Assembly (NCBI GenBank): GCA_965202585.1
Contig: OZ241833.1
Coordinates: 39,184,001-39,248,000 of the forward strand
Reading direction: 5' to 3'
Length of the DNA stretch: 64,000 nt
Source of the DNA: Thalia democratica
Lineage: Eukaryota
Shown: piece by piece, positions 14,403-28,158 of the stretch
Layout: each line of letters begins with the position of its first letter
Numbering within the stretch: position 1 is the first letter of the stretch
Position numbers and translations under genes: made by a program
The notes under the pieces: model-generated
The model's database searches: none
Told to the model about the DNA's origin: nothing
What the model saw: only the letters and a program-made list of their open reading frames with translations

Positions 14403-17400
14403 CTAGTTCTAGAAGTTAATAAATGTCTGAAGCATTTTGTCAAACAAAAAATCTAACATTCAAGTATCACAAAAGTTTTCTTAGTTTCACAAAGACAAAA
14501 AAATAAATTTAAATAAAAATTTCTATATCACTTTAAAAACAATAAACTTTTATTTAATTCACTATCATAAAATAACTATTTCAAAAAAATGTACTAAACC
14601 GAATTACTGAAAGATATCTGTGTGATCTTAGAAGATAAATACTTTTGATAGTATTCTAGAAGATTCTAACTATCTGAAATTATTATGACTAAACATTAAG
14701 ACGAGCTCGACAATAAAGAATTTAAAAAAAGCTCCTTTGTGGTAAAAAGACAAAATATAATATAAATAAGTTTTAATTTTAACTTTCAACTTAAAAATAT
14801 TAAACTGTAAACTCAACTTACTCGAATTAAATAAATAATTTAAAAATAACTCTTTATGTCGTATACTTGCAAACTAAAAAGTATGTGTATAATTAAAAAA
14901 GTTAAAAGCTGAATGTACTCTGATGATTGCTGAATTACTCTCACCCTTTTTTGACATTAATATATTAAGATTATCTTTAATAGAAATTCTAAAAAAAACT
15001 AAAATTTAAACAAATAATTAGATTTTTTTGAATAATTTTCCTAGTAAATAAAGTTAAGAAGTAGATATAAAACTTACTATTAAGTTTTATATATTTTCTT
15101 AGTTTTAAAATTAAAAGATTAGGTTTTTAGATATAAACAAGATATAATTAATTTCATTGTTTTACAAAACCAAAGTATCTACTTGTTTTTTAAATAATCA
15201 TAAAATATATGTATGTTTTAAAATTAAAGGTGATTTGTTCAAATTAATTAAACTGAAATGACGCATAAAATTAATGTGTCAACAGATGTTTTTATTGCTA
15301 TCAAAATCTTAATATTTTTATTTTTGCGCCTGAAACAACGGTCACTTTTGTGAAGTATTATTACTGAAAGTTGTAAGAACTCTAACTATATATTAAGCTT
15401 CTAATTATTTAATGCTTAACACATATCTTTAAAGCAAAAATCAAGCATTACTTGTAAGTTTTTGAAAGTTAAAGTGTATATATAAATTGTAACGTTCTAA
15501 ACTAATTTGAATAGTTTTAACATTCATATCAAATAATATTTTTCTACATGATAATTTTAAAACTAGCAGTAATTAAAAAAAGTTAAACAGGTAACAATAA
15601 AAACGATAATTTTTATTATTTAATGTAAAATCAATTTGATAGAATACTTAAAAAAGATTGGTATTATTCTGATATCAAATCACTGATATTATAAGTGTTT
15701 GCCTATTGAAATAACTAAGCAATACAGTATTCTTTTTGTCTTAAAATGTAGAAAATATAAATAGAAAATAATTATTAAAAGAACTAATTAAGAAAAATTA
15801 AAAAAATTGTACGACGTTACCAATTAATCAAGCAAACTAAAAATACTTAAAAAAATATAATTGAATTTATTGAAAGTACGTGTTTATAAAAGAATTAAAA
15901 TAATAAACTAAGTTATAAGAGTTTACATTGAAGTTATAAAAATACTTAATATTCGAGTTATGTGTTTATAACAATTAAAGTAAAACATTAATCAATCTTA
16001 ACTTTTTCTAGTTTTTTAGTTAGGAGTATAGGAAATTTTGACACTTTTTTTACACAAATTGACACTATAGTTAATATAAAAGCTTTAAATACATAGTATA
16101 AGATACTTTATACTTTTATCAGATAAAAAATTATTACTAATATTAAATATAATATCAATTGTGTAAAACGTTTCTGATACAACCAAATGAAGGAAAATGA
16201 ACAAATGCTGTTTTTCTCTAAATTTTAAAAAATGACTTAAACTTTATTTTCCTTAATTTTTTGTCAATTAATCTCAAGCCTTTAGAAAATGTTCCTTGTA
16301 TGAAGAGAAAAAAATATCAATACATAAAAAACTATTATTAAGAATACAAAATCCTACCACAGAAATGTAAATTATTTAGTTAAGATTAAATTGAAAAAGT
16401 TTTACAACGATCGCTTAAAAGTTGTACGAGAAGATATATTTTGAATGAAATAGTTTTCTTTCAACTTTTTAGTTAGTTTTTCTCCAAGGAACCTATAGTG
16501 CATTCTGACTTTGAACCCTTATATCTCAAAAACTAATTCGAATTTTTTAAAACAAAAAGAGCAACTGTCAGCTAAGTTAAAATTTTTAAAATAAGATTAG
16601 TATGTACAAAACTGCTTCCTTATGCTCTTAAATTATACATGTATCATTTACTAAAAAAACTAAAAACTCTGCATCTTAAACTTATGCATCTTAAACTTTC
16701 TGTTTATCATTTTAAATCAAATACTACAACATTAATAAAAACATTTTGTGTTTTTTATTTTTTTGTAACTGTTTGTTTCAACATTTTTATAGAATTTAAA
16801 CTTCTGAATAAAGTTTTAAAACAAGTTAAAACAAACTCTATTTAATAGGGTATCAGGTTGATAATTTACACAGTTCTTTAAAACTGGTTATTAGTAAATA
16901 GTTTTATCAATAAATATTTTATATCAGGAAAAGACAGAAAAGTTAAAAATTCAGAAATTCAAACAGGATATATTTAGATATAAAAATTACGTTTTGCTTT
17001 TTATTTTTATATTTAAGATGATTAAAAAAATAAAATTTTTAAACAAACACAATAAAAAAGCTAATGTAGTCTCAAAAAGTATAGAATTATAAATCTAATA
17101 ATTTTTTGAAAACGTTACGTTTGATAATGTATTTTTATGATTATTAAACAAAAATAACAAAAATAAAAAAAAACAAAATACTACAAAACTTAAATTTACA
17201 TTATACGTATTTAAGGTAACCAGATTTTTTTTAACAATAGAGTTAAACTAGTATTCAGCAAAAATATTATTTAATTCTAAAAATTTAAGATGTTATATCT
17301 GAATATAGTATAATATAGGTAGTATAAAACCATTTAATACATAAATGTGTAAAAAAAATGTATTTCTTTGTCTCAGAATATTTCGATTGATCATAGTAAA

Positions 17401-20229
17401 AAAACTTAGAGAAGAAAAACAACATTTACTAAACTAAATAAGCTTTTGACTATACCTGATTTTATCATAGTTTTTACCTTTTATTATCAAGTCTTATCTA
17501 ATTTAAAACAATGGTTAGAAGTAAGAACTGTTTGTATACTTTTTTTAAAATAAAAAATGCACACTTGTTTTGAATACAGTGAGCCATTGTATTTTTAGAA
17601 ATTTTATAAAGAATATTTCAAGTACTGTATGTTACCATTTTAAAATGTTTTTGATATTAAAAATAAACGAATCACGCAAAGTTTTTATTAGAGGACGGCA
17701 GCAGACATGGTAAAAAGCGCCGGCTTAGAATAAAACTAAAACAAATACTATTAAAATCCCTGGCAGTAGGATTTTTTCATCTAAAATATGAACAGTTTTA
17801 CAAAATAGTTATAATAGCTATTTTTTGATCTTAAATTTGTTTTCTTATGTTGTAGATATAAAATGATTTTAACAAAAATATTATAAATTTAATCTTTAAA
17901 ACCTTTGATTTATATTTAGCCACAAATTTATACTTTGTAGTTATTTCATTAAAAGAATTAAGCCCACTATTTTACAACTCTCATTTGTGGACTAAGCATT
18001 CACAGAACAAAACTTTCAAATTAAATTTTACAAAAAACATTCTAAATAAGACATTAAAGTATTTTTTAATATATTTGTGTCTTTTATTTATTAAAAAGGA
18101 TGTCAAAACATTTAAGTTAAAAATTTTTAAAGAAATTATGCATTTAATTTTTTAAATATGTTGATGCAAAACAAATTAGATCAATAAATAATAAATTAAA
18201 ACAAAAGGTAAAGTAACAGATGAAAGTTATTTTCCACTATAAAAGTTATTTCATTCTTTTTTTAAATTTTAAGCTTAAAATTCACTTAAGAAGAAATTAA
18301 TTTTTTGTTAATAAAAATAATAAGTTATTATGTAAAAATTATACTATAAACTAATTTAATTTTACAAACAAGGTGTTAAAATAATAAAGTACACTGTAAA
18401 TTAAATCTTTTTTACTTAACATGATAGTAAATATATTACATAAAAAGTAATAAAAGTTAACTTTATTAAATTTGACAAAGTGTAAAATATTAGAAAAAAA
18501 TTAGCTATAGTTTGTTACTTTAGCTTCCTAGTTACTATAGTGACATAACAGCTGTAACTAATGATTTTCAAATATTCTCATGCATGGACGGTAGGCAGTT
18601 GGTTCTCGCCGACCAAATTTCAAATTTTAAAATTTTGGTTGTATAGTTCGACTTTTTTAGTAAAAATTATCTTTTCGTGTAAAAGTAGAGACAAAGATAA
18701 AAGACAAATAGAAAACACTTTAAACTATAAAGTAAGTCATAATAAATCATTAAATTTTAAGTTAAACAAAACAAACGGTTATTCGGTATTAAGAGTACTT
18801 TGTCATTAATTATGGCAACTCTAAACACAGCTACCTTATATTAATTTACAAATTTACAACAATTATAGGGAAAGTCTTAACTAAATTTTAAAATATAATA
18901 TTTATTTCAGATGTTTGGCAAAAGGACAAAAATAATCGTAAAATTTTATATTATAAAGAAACAATTTTAGTAGTTTGTCATAAAATAGTTCATAAGAAAT
19001 AAATATTTTTTCAAATATAAAGAAACTATTTATATAATTTTAGTCATAAAACATTCCCATTCATACTAAGTGCAATTAAGTTTATAAACCGGTTTATAAT
19101 AATTATTTTTGTGATAAATTTTAATTTACTTAGCTAGTAAGTGATACTTATTAAATACTTTTAATAATATTAATAATATAACTATATTAACATTTATAAG
19201 TAAACTTAAAGTTTGCAAAAAAAAGTGTATTGGAGAGCTTGGGCCTTCAAATAATTTAAAATTGTATAATAGAACCTTAAACAATTTAAACTACAAGAAA
19301 AACCTCTAAATAGTAATTATACTTTTGAGTAGCTATATTAAAGTCAACACACACATTTTTTTTGTTGTCCCTGACAAACTAACAGTGTATTTTTTGAAGT
19401 AATTTTTTGTAGTATTTTTGGGGATACACCGATTTAGCAACATTTACTTTAAAAATTTTTAACTTGATCAAAATTTTTATTTATATAAAAAGAAAATTAT
19501 AAACTCTTACAACAATAATCAATTATTGTTAGGATAGACTTTTAGGTCATAAGCGATGTACCGTCTGCTTGTAAATACTTTTAGTTTAAATTATCTAGGA
19601 TGATGTCCCACCAATATCAATAGAAAAATACTTTCACTTTGATATTGAAAAATTCTAAATTTAAGTTAAATTTGTTAAGTAATAAACTTAAATTGTCAAA
19701 TTCTAACCAATTTTTATGCTCATCACTGCCAATGTTTACTATGGAAGCCATAGTCTACTACCGGCATTATAGTTATACAAACTTAAAAAGCTGTTTTGAA
19801 GAAAAACAGTAAAATGTTTCTATAATATTATAATAATGTCATAATACCTCTTATGTTTTAATAATACTTATTTATCTCACAAAAAGTTTTGTAATTATTG
19901 TATAAATGAGTTAAACAATTAGGATTTTTTCTATTTGATTGATTGTTTAGTACAACTAGTATAATGGTTATTTAAACTGTTTTTCAGATAATTATAGTTT
20001 ACTATATAGAAACAACTTCTATATAAGATTGTATATTCAAACCCTAAGTAAAATTTATTAAGCCATGGTTGTTTTTCTTCCATATTCTAAATGTGGTTTA
20101 TTTTGCTTGAAGTGATAATGTAGTTTTTTTTTTTTTGTACTAGTGAATGTTACTTAAAAACTTCAATAATATTGAAATATAACAAATTAAATTTTTTTTT
20201 GAAAATTTATGCTAATTTTGTAAAAAGTT

Positions 20230-20635
20230 TTGGTTATTCTTAACCTTAGGTGAGCACAAATATCAAGCTGAAATTATGATACATTTAATGTCTTATTTAA
20301 TCATAATTTTAGGCTAAAATCTTATTTTTTATAAATACATGAACCAAATTAAACTTAGATCACATAAAATAATATGCTTAAATATTTAATTGCTTTTATT
20401 TTACAACATAAAGTAATTATATCAATACATTAGTTTGTATTGATTGCAATATTTTAAAATAAAACTGATTAAATTTATTAGTTAATAATATATTAATTTA
20501 GTTCTTTCTCTGTATTTATATAGCTTGTTTAAAACAAAGTATCATTTTTTTAGCCTAAAGTTATTGTTAAATAAGATAGAATGTACTATATTTTCAGTTT
20601 GATATTAGTGCTCACCTAAAGTTAAGTATAACCAA
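20230..20635. mobile_element. MITE-like element with ~44-bp terminal inverted repeats
   Basis: 20230-20273 TTGGTTATTCTTAACCTTAGGTGAGCACAAATATCAAGCTGAAA matches the reverse complement of 20592-20635 at 40/44; no ORF inside; no TSD recognised. Confidence 0.65.
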
Positions 20636-22029
20636 ATTTGTTAAACCTTGTTTATATTTCAGAATTATTCAGTATCACATGGTTGATTATTATTTCTTTT
20701 GTTCAAAAAGAGTAATTGATTTTTTATATGTTAAATTGTGGAAAAAAACTTCAAGCCAGCTTTTATTTGTTGATCGAAATTTTTAATACATTGCAAACAT
20801 AGAATATACATAATAAACATTAATCTAAAGTTGTATTGCAATAGAATACTCACCTGCCATTACACTTGATTAAATATTTAATAATTTAAAGTCAGTCAAT
20901 GGAAACACAAAACATATAGTTTAAACAGAGCTTATGAAATATTGTCTTATGTTGATTTATTTTCAGACTTATGGAATTTTTAAAAAAAGTAACTCCTTTT
21001 CATTTCTTATGTGTTTTACTTTAAATTCTTGAGAAATGTTCTTTTTAATATTACAAAAAACTTGTAGGTAGCAGACTTTTGAAAAATTAGTTAAAAGAAG
21101 TATTAACAATAAAAAAAAACATATTTTTTGTTTATTTTTCATAACTGTTTTTTACAAAACGTAAATGTATTTTTCACAAATTGTTTAAAATTCCTTAAAG
21201 ACTCTGAAAAAGTTTCAAAATAATTTTCCAATAAATAAAGGAAAAGATAGTTTTTAGTGATATCTATTTTTGCTTTTTTTTATTTTGCTTGCAACTCCCA
21301 TTATGATCTGATAGAACGCTTAAAGCTTAAATCTAAAAAATAACTTTTTTCAATTTTTCAATAAAAATAGAATTTTAATAAGTAGTAAAAAACAACTGTT
21401 AGGGATATTAATTATGTAAAAAAATAGCACTAAATTTCTAAATCGAATTTTACTCCTAATACCCTATCTATTCATTTTTGTTTATAATCTATACAAAAGT
21501 AGTTATAAATTTTATTTTGTGTTGTTAAGGGTGAAATATATTTAAAACAGGTATTTTGGATTTTTATTATAAAATAACCTTTCAGTTGTTTTAAGTAATC
21601 CAGTATTTATTGTAGGTTACAGTTTTTATTTTCAATTTTTATGTACTCTTAGATCATAGATGTATAGTGTGCTAATCATTCACTTTGTATAAAATTAAAA
21701 TACCATTTTTTCATAATTCACATTCAATATTTCACTTAAAACTTAAGTTATAAGCTAAGTTAAGGATTGTCTTCTTTTTACATTCAATTTAAATTCATTA
21801 AAACGTTTTATGGTTGGTTTATTGTTTTATTTACAGTTTAAACTATGTTAATTTCAATTCTTTTTATAACATTTTTTAATGATTAAGTGTTTTTTTTGTT
21901 AAAAATTTTTGCAAACTTTTTATTTAAATAATTTGTAAAGTAGTACAATACTTAATATTTAATATATTGATATGTTTGAAAAAAATAATTTATTATTGTT
22001 TACTTACAGAAGTTTTATTTTTGTTTAAA

Positions 22030-25000
22030 ATGGACAAGTCTGAAAACAGCAATGCAAAAAATGGAAGTTAGTTTTTTTATAAAAAGTATTTAATAGTTGC
22101 AAATTTTTAACTAATTTCATGTTTACTTAATTTTACCATTTAATCACAATCAGTTCAAGGCTACATATTTTCTAAAGTTTTTTTGAAAAAAAGCTTTGTT
22201 TACTGTTTTACCAAAGTTTTATGTATAAGCTATTTGATAAATATTGTATAAGTAAAACAAGGTAGATAACTTAACAGATAAATCAGTTTTGAAATTTTTT
22301 ATGTAAAAATCTAGGAAAAGTAAGAAGTAATGACCAATTTTCACAGAGAATAAAAAAAAAAGAAAGATTTTGTTTTTAAAATTTTAGTTTAAGAATTTTT
22401 TTTTGAAATGAGAAACAAAAGAATTATACAATAAGATACACAGACACAATTTCAATAAAACTAGATATATTTTAAGCAATTCTCATCAGTAGAGTACAAA
22501 GCTAACAAGTAATAAGAATTTACAAAGTTATATAGTAACAATTAATTAAGTTATCATAAAGTAATTAATAGATTAATAAAAGACAAAAGTAAATAGTAAC
22601 CATTAAAATCATTTAAGTTTTCTTACTCTGTAATGATTTACAGTAAAACTAAACATAAGTAAAATAAAAACAACACTTTTAAAATATAACGAAAATAAAG
22701 CAACAGTATAGTCAAAATCTTATTGCTTACATAAAACAGGTTTTCTTAACAAAATACTTTATTTTAATTGAATCGGAAACATCACTACAAGTTTTAATGA
22801 CTTTAATTGTATTTAGATTAAAACTGTTTGCACAAGTTGAATTATTATTATTACAGCATAATTTGATAATAAGTATAACAATTTAATGCAGTAAATCAAA
22901 TGTGCTTTATTGATAAACCCAAACTGCACAAGTTTTGAAATTCTTTTTTTTTTTTGCTAGCTTAGTTAAATATAATTGGTGTATATGACCAACAGATAAC
23001 ACAAGCAAACAAAAATCTGATGTTTTAGACGAAAACTTTGTACAACAATTATTGCAGTCAGATCAACCTTTAAGCTCTAATAAACAAGGTAAGTTGTTTG
23101 TTATCAAGTTATCTTTTACAACAAAAAATTAGTATTTAATTTTGTTAAACTTTAAAAATTAATTGTACTCAAGTGATACTTTTTTAGTATAAACTAGTTA
23201 TAATGTCTATAACTTTAATAACATTTACATAATCATGCAATACAACTAAGTTACTGTATAATTTTTTGCTTTAGCTTAAATTATCAGACTTATCTTAAAA
23301 CCTACTTCTAATAAGTGACTTGTAGTGATTTTGTTAGGTGGTAAGTTTATTCTATTTTATTAGTTTATCAACATTTAAAATAAAATAGTAAATTGTATAA
23401 TTTATCAAATAAAAATTAGTTCATAAAACCCAGATCATTTTATTTTATACATATTTATCCTGTGCATAAACAATAAAATTATACAACAAAATTTGTTTTT
23501 GTCTTATTTATATAATTTATAAAAGTTTTTAATTGTAAACATAGGTTAAAAAGTATTGATTTCAAATTAAACAAAAAAAACATGGTCATAGAAATTGTTT
23601 TTTTTTTGTAAAAAGGTCAATACAAGTCAGAGGTTGCAATTATTTTAAAATAATGAGTCAGGAGCATGTTATGTAAGATAAAGACTTATACTTGAGCATA
23701 TTGTGACTTGTACAATTCTTATTTGGTGTGCTTAAATATGGTGTGGGTTATATCAAACTTTATTTTTACTTAGTGGACATGTGTTTTGTTTATTGGAAGT
23801 CTTTGAAAATTTAATTTTGTTATTTTTTATGAAAGTTATGTTTAAACTTCGGCTGTCCATGACCATTGATTTGTTGCACTGGAAGTTCTGCCCTTTATTG
23901 GTATAAAAATTGCCTTTTTGTTTCTAAAAACACCTACCATAAGAGTTTCTAGAATGTCTTAGCCCATAACTAATCTGTTTAAATTGTAGATAATTCTTTT
24001 TTAGTGACAGACCTGCTGATTTTGTTTTGGTTTCTTGAAACACCTGTTAAATTATTTCTTTAGATGGCGTTGTCTATTTACTTTACGGTCTTGCAGTTTA
24101 TTTCTTTTTTGGTAAGATGACTGCTAATTATTTTTTTCTTGAAACATCTTTTAAATAAATTTTTAGGATGTCCTTGTCATGTTTAAGTCACATGTAAAAA
24201 TCACATAACTTTGAAATTTTTAAAACGTAGTGATAAGCTTCTGGTTATCATGTCTTTTAACTGTTTTAGTATGAGGTGGTTTAAAAACAATTTCTGTAAT
24301 ATTTCCTTGTCTTTTAAATCATTAAGTCATATTTTGACTTCAAAGTTGAGGTCCTGGCCACTGACATAATGTGGTTGCTTTTTTGGTAGTAAAATCCTTG
24401 TCAACATTCCAGCATTTCTTACTAGGAAAGCCTGAAGCTTTTAATGTTTCTATCTCTACGGTTAGTGCTTAAGGTTTAGTTTTATTTTTCCCATATGTGT
24501 TTGTTTGGCCAAAAATCTAATTTATTCAGTCTTTTCAGTTTCATTAAAAATGCAATGGTCAGCCATACGTTTCTCAAAAAAAAAAGTCTTTTGTCTTTAA
24601 TATCAAATGTTTCAATTTTTCTAACTATTTCAATCTTATATCTTAAAATTTTAAGTTTTAAACACCTTGTTGGTTTGCCATCATGGCAGTATTGATATTT
24701 CTGATTTTACAGGTTCTACTACTGACATGTCCTGAGTCAGCTAGAACATACAATGTTCAGGTCTGATCACCAATTATGATCCCCGACCTGAGTTAAACAA
24801 TTACTTATAATTTTTAAATACAAACTAGTATTAACTGTCAAATATACATATGACTCTTGTAATAGTTGTGCTCAATAATGTTTATTCAACAAAGCAAAAC
24901 AAACAGACACAAACTAACATTAAAAAAATTTATAACACAGATAATAAAGAAACATAAATACTCTCTGGTGACAATTTTACAAATAAATGTGGTAAGAAAT

Positions 25001-27116
25001 AAAAATTAAAATTAACAAATTTGATATTTAGTTACAGCATGGGCATCATGTTGGATGGAGCACTGTAGCAAATGCTCTCCTAAAAAAAAGTTGATTAAAT
25101 ATAAAAATATTACAAAAGTTATCATTTTTCTATAAACTTGTGTTTATAATATGATATATGCAATTCCAACATTTTAATCATATTAAATTAGTTTAAAAAA
25201 TATCAAAATAAGAAGATTTCAAATACTTGCAAATTTTCCTTTATTTTACTAAAATATTGCCTTTATATGGGTACTCTAAATCAGCAAAAAGTTCTCACAA
25301 GGTACTTTTGTGATAATTGTCACATGTAAAACAATTTTCAGCTAAAGCAACATCCCTGGTCGATATGTTAGAAACCTTTTCACAAACACGCAAATATCTC
25401 AAGAGTTTATTAAAAGTTTTATAGTCTATAAAAAACTACTTATAAATTAACTTTTTTTATAAAGCCAACGTAATTTTTCTTTTTAATTACAGACAATTCA
25501 AGTGAATAGATCTCTAATGTTTTAGATGAAGATTTTTTATCCAAATCTTTGCAATCAGATAAACCTTCTAGCTCTATTAATCATAGTAGATTATTTTGTT
25601 TATTTTTCGTACACTTATCATTCTTACCTTTTATGAGTGAACTATATTTAAGGAATATACTTTTTCATTATGCGGAGAGTTAACACATTATTAAAATTTA
25701 ACCAAAGTCAAAACATTTTATTTATGTTTGGGACTCTTAATAAATTTATAAATTATTTCACAGTGAATTTCATAGTGATTGCTGGTTATAATACTTTGTG
25801 GATCGGTAAAAATTTTTAATTCTCCAAAGAAATAGATTTGTTACTATTATAACTATTTAAAATAAGTTTTTTGTTTGCTTTTGCTTTAGTTTACATTGAT
25901 ATTGAATTTAATTTGTAATAGATAAAACTTGCAATAGTATCAAATCACTTTTTTAGAGAATTAAAAGTTTTTACAGTTTTACAAAGTATTATAACAAGCA
26001 CCCACTTTAAAATTAGTTCACTATGAAATAATTTATAGATTTATCAAGAGTTTATGAACATAAATTAAATACTGATTTTAGATAATCATTACATTTAATT
26101 TACATATATTTTAACAATAAACTTTGTTATTAAATTTAAGTGAGTGTTTTTAGTACATATCGTAAATCGTTGAAACGATAAGAAAATATATTTAAGTTTA
26201 AAAGCACTAAAAACAAAGTTACATTGTTATAGTTATACAAGGTTCATTTTATTGATCATATTTAAATAAACAAAATTATAAGTTAAATTCAAAACTATTT
26301 TTAAATAAATTCATTAAATTATTTGCAGTTGACATGTATAGTGGAATCGAAAACAAGTTTGAATGCTCTGTATGTGAGAAGAAATTTTCATCTAAAAATA
26401 GTTTATATAATCATATGAATATCCACGATAAATCTTACCGATGTAAAGTTTGTCTGAAGTGTTTTGGAGGTAAATCTCTTCTAGCAGTTCATATGAGAAA
26501 GCACACTGTAGAAAAGCCCTACGTGTGTTCTACTTGTGATAAAAGATATTCTTCGAAGCAGAATCTTACTATTCACATGAGAAGCCACACGGGAGAAAAG
26601 GTCAACGTGTGTTTGATTTGTGACAAAAGTTTTTCTACCAAGCATTCTTTACAAAACCATCTGACCACACACAGTGATTAGAGAAAATTTAAGTGCGAGA
26701 TATGCCCAGAAGAAAGATACTTCAAAACTAAATATCAACTAAGCATGCATACGAAGCTACATTACGAACCAACTCATCAGTGTGAAGTTTGCCTGAAAAG
26801 TTTTCATTCTAAATCAGATGTTGTTAGACACATGAGAACGCACACGGGAGAAAAACCCTACGTGTGTTCTACTTGTGATAAAAGATTTTCTCTAAAACAC
26901 CACTTGAACCAACACCAGGCAATTCACAGTGATGAGAGAAAATTCAAGTGCAAGATATGCCCGGATGACAGATATTTCAAGACTAAAAATCAACTGAGCA
27001 GTCATATGCGTTTCCACTATGAGCCAAAACATTCATGTTTTCATTGTAACAAGAAGTTTCACAATTCAACAAACTTGAAAAACCATGAGAAACTAAAACA
27101 TGCTAATAAAATTTAA
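22030..27116 (+). pseudogene. C2H2 zinc-finger locus 1 (9 fingers) with two in-frame TAG codons
   Basis: Exons 22030-22066 (MDKSENSNAKNG, 37 nt), 22996-23088 (93 nt), 25493-25585 (93 nt, TAG at 25507-25509) and 26329-27116 (finger exon, TAG at 26679-26681 between fingers 4 and 5, same frame on both sides). All are GT-AG and phase 1. The repaired product is 336 aa; skipping exon 3 gives a 160-aa, 4-finger protein. Confidence 0.75.
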
Positions 27117-28158
27117 ATTTTTTGTGCAAAATATTTTGTTTAATACTTAAAATATTCAAGGTTTTTCTAATTTGTTACATTGAAAGTTTTAGACCTTTCT
27201 TTCAAAACTTGAAATTTGACTAAATGCTAACACAAGTATGACTTCTAATACTTATTAAATCTTAATCGTTTCGTAAATGTTGTCTTCTTTCAATAAAATA
27301 CATTTAAACAAGGTTTACTTTAGTATGACAATAAACAATGATATATCATTAGATAGAAATTTCTAAATATAAATAATGAATTTGTATACTTTTAAATATT
27401 TGTTTTAAAAATATTTCAATACTTTTATCTACATACAGTAGTATTTATAGTTTAAAATTCTTAAGTACGTTATAAGTGTTTTTTTTATTTATTTAATAAC
27501 TTAAAGTAGTTTATTAAACTAAAATTTTTAGAAAAGTATGTAGTTAAGTAATTACCATGAATTTATACAAACTATGTGTCAACAAAAGTTTTCAAGATAA
27601 AACTATATTCAAAATTAATTCTAGTAGTGTATACTCAAGTTTAGTACTGTTATTTAAGCTTTTGTTTTAACAAATAGGTGTTTTAGGGTAGTATACTAAT
27701 TAGTTCAAACAAATTGATTTTGTGATAAAAACTTTAACTTTTTTCAAATGTTTATTCTGATTTACAATAGTGGCAGTTGTTTTCTAGTTTTATGTTGCTT
27801 GTTTTACTAGTAAATCACCTTACAATCTTAAACTAAATATGTGAAACTGAATGTGTGCTTAAGTTGTTTAAGTTTTTACCTTGTATAATTGCTGTGGTTG
27901 CTATATGATCAACTATATCAAACAGCCAGTTGATATATTTTTTCACAATAAAAATATTTATACTTCAGCTTTAAAACCTTAATCAATTAACACAGAACAT
28001 TTTTGTCAATGGAAGCAGTATATGCGTTATACAAATATCACATAACTATATATTTTATAAAAGTATTTCAAGACAGTATTTTTAATTTATCAGTTATCTA
28101 TTTTATATAATTATATTTCAAAAGATTATTGTTGATTAATCAGTTTCTTAATAGAAAA

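Noticed and set aside
5125-24695. Short AT-rich ORFs (5125, 5818, 7381, 10033, 16639, 18561, 24495; likewise 42215, 43484, 49985, 50320, 62554)
   Set aside because: F/L/I/K/N-rich chance ORFs, several with non-ATG starts, without splice or domain support.
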